From Chrysomallon squamiferum (lineage: Eukaryota; Animalia; Mollusca), in NCBI GenBank assembly GCA_012295275.1, contig CM022675.1, positions 620,001-684,000 of the forward strand: 64,000 nucleotides of DNA. The letters are read 5' to 3'. Below the pieces are notes generated by a model. The model worked only from the letters and a program-made list of their open reading frames with translations, did not search any database and had not been told where the DNA came from. How positions within the stretch are numbered: position 1 is the stretch's first letter; each line of letters starts with the position of its first letter. Shown here in pieces: positions 56,501 through 64,000 of the stretch. A program made the position numbers and the translations under genes.

Positions 56501-57265
56501 ATTTGCTACACTGTTTTGTCCTGGGGGAATTTTAAGATATATTCTCATTCTAATAATTCTAAAAGCTGAAGAAAGAAAAAAAAAAAAAAAAAAAAAAATT
56601 TAAAAGAAAAGAAGAATACAGAAAAAGCTTATATTGAAGAATAAAACACCCGTATTAAAGATAAAATTTAAAAATAACACAAATTTCATTAATAACATGC
56701 ATGATATACAATTCTTAAATAAATATCCATTTTTCAAATTTTATAGAAAATTTTCTTTTTTAAAACCTAATTACATGTATATAAAAGTAATTATGTACGT
56801 TTTCATATATCATGCAGTATATATTTACAAGCTGTGTCTTAAGATTTTAATATATGCTTGGCCAGAAGGTATTTTTAAAAGCAAATTTTTTTTTTTTTTA
56901 TTGAAAACTATATATATATATATATATATATATAAACCAAAATATATATTAATAGATAAAACTAAACTGTTTGGTAATCTGTCCTAATTTTCCAAAACAT
57001 AAAGAGGCATTTTTGTAAAAACTCTGATAATAATTTGTTAACTACAACACAAAATATTTTAAACAGCTTCGAAACGAATTAAAAAAAAAAAAAAAGAAAA
57101 AGAAAAAAGAACCCCTAAAAATAACCTAAAGGATAAAGGTTCATTTACATCTTAGTTACTTGGTTATAAAAAAAAAAAAAAAAGATTTCAACCTAAATAA
57201 AATTACATTATTATAAAATTTTTATAAAACATTCTAAAAATAAAGTAAAAAATTATTTCTAATAA

Positions 57266-57300
<35 letters not shown>

Positions 57301-57544
57301 ATTAAAAATAAGATTTAAAAAAAAATCTAATTATTGTCATGGTAAATAGTTGTATAAAATACTGGCTCCCATTTCAAAATTAAGACATTAGATTAAATCC
57401 TCCAGACTCCCCCCACACTGCTTTGGGCCAATACAGGTATTTGTCTTTTTCAGATTACTGAGCAGAAACTGGTGAAAATACAGGTAAAAGATGAAAAAGA
57501 GAAGAAAAAAAATTATATTCCCTTCTCCTCATAAAAAGACCCAT

Positions 57545-57597
<53 letters not shown>

Positions 57598-59783
57598 CAT
57601 TATAATAATTTTAATAAGAATAATATTAAAAACAGTAATTAGAAAATTTAAACAAAAAGACAATTAAAAAAAGCCAGTAAGCTAAACAGGTCTGTTAAAA
57701 TATATATATATTTATTTATTTATTTATTTACATTATACGAGTTTACAATATTTAGAATCTATTCTGTACATTTAGGACATGTGACTAGAGATGCTGTTTG
57801 TGTGATAAAGCAAGAGAAACAACAATTATAAAATATCAAAACAAGAACAACAATGACAATGATGATGATGATGATGATGATAGCATATATTTGACATGTA
57901 TGTTCATATAATTTTAAACAGGATCATTTTTATTTTATTTTATTGAAATCTTTATTATAATGCAACTCATGAATTACTAAATAATACATTTTATTTTGTA
58001 TTTTGAAAAAACAACAACTTGATAATCAAAAAACAATACTAAATTGTCAATAATATATTTTTTTTTCTTTATTTTTTTTTATACAAATCATAATTATAAA
58101 AGTGTAAAAAAGGAAATTTATTCATTTATTCATTGCTTTTTTTTTTTTCTTTTTTCTTTTTTTTAAATAAAAAATAAAACAGAAGATCTAATTCATTAAA
58201 AGGATAAAATTTAACTTCCATAATTTTTTAAAATCTCATCAAAACTATCTGAAAATCAATTTATTTTGTACAGTTAGCAATAATACATTCTGCTGTCGCT
58301 TTGGAACATAATCTTTTTATTTAGCAAGTTTTTACAAATAAACTACTTCGGAAAGCATTCGTGAACAAATCTTTCAGAGAGCATTCAGAAAGCATTCACT
58401 AGTGATTCACTTTAACAAACTGGAAAACATAATTCATCTACCAAACAAAACAATAGCTGCCTTTTACGAAAGATATACACGTATACATTTTTTAATTAAA
58501 AAAACAATATCTATATATATATATAGACAGATATATCTACATATACAGATGTATCAGTAATGTCTGCACTTTCAACTTTCATTCTAAACAGACTCTTAGA
58601 TTATTAACTATGTTACAATCTTAGTTTTTCAAGTTACTTCTGCATTTTCACAATGTGTAAAAGTATTAATTTGTGTTCAACATTTATCAGTTACTGAAAA
58701 AAGCCTTGAAAACATTTTTGTTTTCTTTTTCTGGAAAAAAACCTGAAACAGTTATCAATTTAGTTTGTATATATTGTTATTTTAAGTTTTACAATAATCC
58801 ATACCAAATTTTTCCAGTTGAACAGTATCTGCAGTAATATATATATATATATACATATACATATAAAAGGGAAAATTAGCTAAAATACATTTAATATTTT
58901 AAAAACTATCCTTTAATTTGGTTGTCACAGTAATCATACTGATTGACTGTGTTTTATTTATTTCCAAGAACAGGATTTACTTTTATTGTTTGCTATAATA
59001 AAAATAAAGGATGGTAATGATAAAAAGATATCTGCTAGCATGTTTGAAGGATGCAATATTCAAAACATTCTTTTCTACTCACAACAAATATTTTTTTTAA
59101 ATAATAGATTGACAGGTCCTGTACTTTTTTTTTACATGATTTATTCACTTTTCATCTGCCAAACTAGTATCACTGTTAAACTTAATTATTAATAAAGAAT
59201 TGTTATCAGTGGGGGGGGAAATAAAAATATAAAAAGAGTAAGTATACAAAATAAATTTTATCTTTAATCTATACCATCATAGGTAAATTTTATAATTTGA
59301 AAATAATAATAATAATAATATTGTCAGTTCCTTAAAAAGATGTTAGATCAACTTTTAACTACTTTTTCAATTTACAGATTTGATTCTAAAAATACAAGCC
59401 AAAAACCACATACCTGACCAAAAAAAAAAAGAAAAAAAGAATAATTTTTGGTGCAGTTACTGCAAATTATATTTGCCTGATTCAATAAATACCAGTGGTA
59501 AGTGTTTTTAAAAAACTGATTAGAAAATTAAGAATATTTTAAAAATATCTTATTTCTGAATGTGAAATATGTTTTCAACTTGCTAATATCCTGTTTCTTG
59601 TTTTGGGTGTAGGTAAATTTATAACAGTGAGAGTGTATTCAGTCTTTGCAATAGTCACACTAGAACAACAGACAATACAGATGTGTTTACATACATTTTC
59701 ATCTTGTTTTTGGTCCAGCACCAGTTTGTTCATATTCTGAATGTCCAGAACATCCACAAAGCAATGTACACACATGCACATGC

Positions 59784-59821
<38 letters not shown>

Positions 59822-61965
59822 ATAATGTCTACAACATTCACTCAAAAACAAAAAGAAGAAATGACAGACCTGTTTTTGACAACAAAAACGTTTTAACTAC
59901 TGCATGTTTTATGTAACATGCTTTTATCACCATCTACATATACAACATCACTATAGTTTGAATATATATATATGTAATATATCATTTAAACATAATGTTC
60001 TGACAACACTACCGCCTAGGTATATTAAGAAAGAATTTTGTTTAAAGTTTTATATTTGTGTAGGCACATGTGTTTGTGTTAAAGGTTATCACATTGTTAT
60101 TCATGCTTGGAACAATACATTTTTTTTTTGTTGTTGTTGTGTTGGTTTGTTGTTGTTGTTTTTTTAAAAAGAGAAAAACAAACAGTTCACAACCTGAAGG
60201 ATTTCAGTGTTTTATGCCAGGTTTGAGAAGCAAATTTTTAATAAAAAAATAAAAAAAATAAAAAAATGTATATTGAAAAAAAAATAGAAATATAAATTAT
60301 GGGAAAAAGTTGTCAAGTTTCCAATACAAATTAAGAAAAAAGATTATCAACTTTGAAATACAAATTAAGAAACAAAACAAAAAAAATAATAAAGATAAAA
60401 ACTACCATGATAAAATATAATGTATGTATATTAATATAACAACAGTCTGGTAACAAATTTAAATAATAATACAAAAAAACAGGAGACAAAAAAAGATGAG
60501 TAATAAAGTGTTTTACATTTAATAATTCTAAAACAAAGAACAAAAAAAAATCAACCATTTCAATTAATCTATTGAGAAAACATCCATAAACCATGTATGA
60601 AAATTTTTTATTTTCCAGTTCTAACCCAAACTCCTATATTTGATTATTACATATCTATCTCTACAACACATGATCATATATTGACTGAGAAGTGATTTTG
60701 ATACAGTCTAATGTTAAAGACTTCAGCAATTCCAAGAAATTAAATTTTGTTAATTAAATAGGATCTAAAAACATAAATTTTCATAAACACTTATTTGTAA
60801 CACAATCTCTTTGTACACAAGTCTATAAAGTCAAACAAGTCACCAAAACACCACCCCACCCCACCCCACGCTATGACAGTTACACAATCTTCATGGATGG
60901 CCCCTTTAAATAGTTTTTCAAAACGTTTGAGTGTAAATAAAACACAGATATCAGCACTCATTTTAGTGTTTAATAGTGTCCTTATTATGCAGGTTAAACA
61001 GAAACAACAAAGCCAAATTAAAACCTGTGAAAAAAACTGTGTTTTCACATAATTCATCTATTTGAATAACAATCTGCATTGTTCCTGGTTTTAAACGTTT
61101 AATTTGATATTTCTAAAATAAATATTTATAAATTTAATATTGTTATTTTATTTAGTTTTATGGGCTGATGGAATAAGGGAAGTAACTCTGTATTCCACAG
61201 CCATCAGATATTTTTCTTTTTAGTTTATCCCAATTTCTTGTTCATACTTTTTAGTCCTACAGTATCACAAAAGATATTGAATTAATAAATAAAAAAATAA
61301 AAAATAAGACCTATTTATTGGGTTCAAATTAATTTATTTTTAAATAATAATAATAATAATAATAATTTTGAAATATGAAAGACACCCAAAAATTTAAATA
61401 TTTAAAAAACAAAACAAAAAAACATTGCACATTTCACTACAGATCAAAAAATAAAGTAAAAATAAAAATAAAAAATAAAGAGAAAAAGGAAAAAAAGATT
61501 ATATATATATATAAAATTTATCACAGAAATAAAAATAAAAAAAATTCTACAAATAAAAAATTGTAAAGTTTGAAAGAACTGAAGCAATGGATACAATTTT
61601 ACAAGCTTTTATTTTAAAATATGCAAGATTTTAACCAACCATTTCAGTTGAGTGTTAAAAATACCATCATATGTAAATAAAATTATTTTATTTATTCTAT
61701 TTGGCAATTAGAAATAAACAGACATGATAAAACAAGTTAAAATGATGCTCAGTATTTGAATTAAAAATTAACAACAGTTTTAAAAAAATAAACCAAAGTT
61801 CACATCTACAATAGACTATTTCTCACGAGAAATTTTATTTTTTATTCGTAATTTTTGTTTTTGCTTTTAATAATTTTATCAAAGTATGTGAATAAAAATA
61901 GTTTTTTTTTTTAAAATGTACTTGTACATTTATTTATTTAACACACACACACACACATATGTGAG

Positions 61966-62002
<37 letters not shown>

Positions 62003-62116
62003 GTTTAAGAAAAACAACAAAAAGCCAAACATGGCTGAAGAAATAAAAACTACTATTGGTCTGCACTCTCTCAAACCTGGCACATTGACACAGAAAATCA
62101 TCAGGCGAGGTAAAAA

Positions 62117-63293
62117 CTAGGAACCAGTGCTTGACGACGTGAAGGGGGGCCGCCCAAGGGCAAAGTTCGTGATGTAGCCGTCCTGCACGGGGGGGTGCTG
62201 AGTGACGCTGACCGTGGGGGGAGGAGGCTGTGCGGCTGCCCTCGCGGGCAGTGAACCCGTAGCGTGTTGGAGAGAAGCCATGGAATGTGTCAGTGAGAAC
62301 TGCAGCTCCTGCTTGCTGCTTGTGTAGTCTGCGACCGTCGTTTGAGCGTGCTGGGCGGGGAACTTGTTCACCGACCCTCCTAGGTTCACCGTCTGCGCGA
62401 AGGGAACGCGCGACAAGGGGAAGCCGTTCTTCGTACACACCCGCGCCAGACACCGCGGGCGACGTCCACGACATGTGACTTGGGTCCACCGACGTCAGCT
62501 GCTGAGGGTGCGGGTGTGGGTGCGGGTGTGGATGTGGGTGTGGTTGTTGGGCCACGTGGGCGAGGCTCTGAGCCGCGTCGACTCGGAGGTGGTCGTTGAT
62601 GGAGGAAGTGGATTTCTGCAGCTGCGATGCCGAGGTCTGTGGGGACATCACCAGCTGCTGCGCGAAGAGCCGTGTACGGCAGGTTGCCGTGGTAACCGGC
62701 GAGCAGTGGGGCCTGCGAGGCAGAGAAGACAGGGGGGTGTGACACCCCGGTGGTCCTGTTTGGAACTGCCATGCTGCTGCTTCTAGCCGTCACGACGGCA
62801 GGCGCATAGCCTGCGAGACAAGACGGCACTGTTGTGTACAACGTGTTAGCCCCAGGAAAAACTACTCCGCGATGTGTCACGGGTCCCAGCAGTCCACCTG
62901 CACCGACTCCGGGACTCGAGTTCAAACCATGGACGCGGTTGAGCAGCTGCGCAGTCAGAGTGGTCGGCATCACACTGGTGACAGCAGCAGCAGCAGCAGC
63001 AACATGTGTGGTGGCTGCCGACGTGCGCAAATGGCTTCCTGTTGTTTCTGCTGTGACTTCGTTTCCTGATTTCCCGATCCCACCATCCATGGCGCTGTTT
63101 GAGGCAAACTGGGCTGTGAGAGATTCTGCAAACGATCTTGTGAGTTCTTCAGTCAGAGCCTCCTCTGTCATGTCCCCTTTCAGCAGCTTCTCCAGCGTGT
63201 CTTTCACAGAGTACACGTCTTTAGTGGCCTCTGCTAGAGCCCGCTCCAGTGCCTCAGTCTCCTCAGTCGACGGTTCATACTCACCATTTCTTC
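62117..63293 (-). CDS. INO80D: INO80 complex subunit D, terminal coding exon (gene continues beyond window), with apparent frameshifts
   Basis: Acceptor TTTTCAG at 63294 is followed by GRNGEYEPSTEETEALERALAEAT, matching the INO80D motif GKNGDLLPTTEEAEELERALQAV. The low-complexity tail continues in shifted frames to TAG at 62117. Confidence 0.78.
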
Positions 63294-63709
63294 CTGAAAA
63301 AATTAGTAAAATTATCATCCTAGACTCCTTTAAGACTCCACTATCAGTTTTCAAAAACTAGTTTATATAACATTCAACATCAAGAATCTTTCCTCATCAT
63401 ACCAATTTAATTTCTTTCTTTCTTTCTGGTTTTTTTTTTCTTCTCTTTTATCTTAATTAAATTTTAATTTAACAACCTGATTGTATTTATAAAAAAATAT
63501 TTTAATTCTAAATATAATCTGTGCAAAAATAAAAAAACTTAGTCACTGAGTAGTTTTAACTAAAACATTGTACATTTCACGAAGTTCTGGATCAAATTAA
63601 TAAAACCGTTCTTTTATATCTACTATACATTAAAGTTCAGGTCATGCTCTTAAAGCAGTAACCAGCTTGAGATTTTAAAACATTGATGTAGCCTTTTTTC
63701 CATTAAAGT

Positions 63710-63960
63710 AATTTAGAACAATCTAAGCTTCAGAGAATAGTTTAGTAATACTTTAAGATTCAGAGAATAGTTTAGTAATAATCTAAGATTCAGAGAATAG
63801 TTTAGTAACAATCTAAGATTCAGAGAACAGTTTAGTAACAATCTAAGATTCAGAGAACAGTTTAGTAACAATCTAAGATTCAGAGAATAGTTTAGTAACA
63901 ATCTAAGATTCAGAGAATAGTTTAGTAACAATCTAGAACTGCAGAACTATTTAGTAATAA
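63710..63960. repeat. 30-bp minisatellite (tttagtaacaatctaagattcagagaatag)n
   Basis: About 8 tandem copies in the INO80D intron. Confidence 0.92.
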
Positions 63961-64000
63961 CCCAGACTTAATTAACAGTTTAGTAATAATGTACAACAAG

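Noticed and set aside
62287-63361. Plus-strand ORFs of 63-175 aa
   Set aside because: Antisense shadows of the GC-rich INO80D exon

Overview
AT-rich, microsatellite-rich animal genomic DNA with GT-AG introns. An invertebrate such as a lophotrochozoan is plausible but cannot be established from the sequence. Manual splicing gives four host genes: a complete 17-exon STT3B (minus, 488-26962, 774 aa), an 11-exon ERICH2-like gene (minus, 45808-51055) with two consecutive GC-AG introns, a divergent two-coding-exon COX14-like gene (plus, 52575-53514), and the last exon of INO80D (minus, 62117-63293) with two apparent frameshifts. Between STT3B and ERICH2 lies an ~18 kb accessory region. It holds degenerate TTAGGG-like tracts, an intact 302-codon orphan ORF, a decayed SF3-helicase (parvovirus NS1/papillomavirus E1-like) endogenous viral element inside an old hairpin-bearing repeat array, and a MULE transposase relic. 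The most striking recurring pattern is tandem repeats built from copies of real exon-intron junctions, which create arrays of decoy splice sites beside many exons. All family assignments come from recalled motifs, not database searches.
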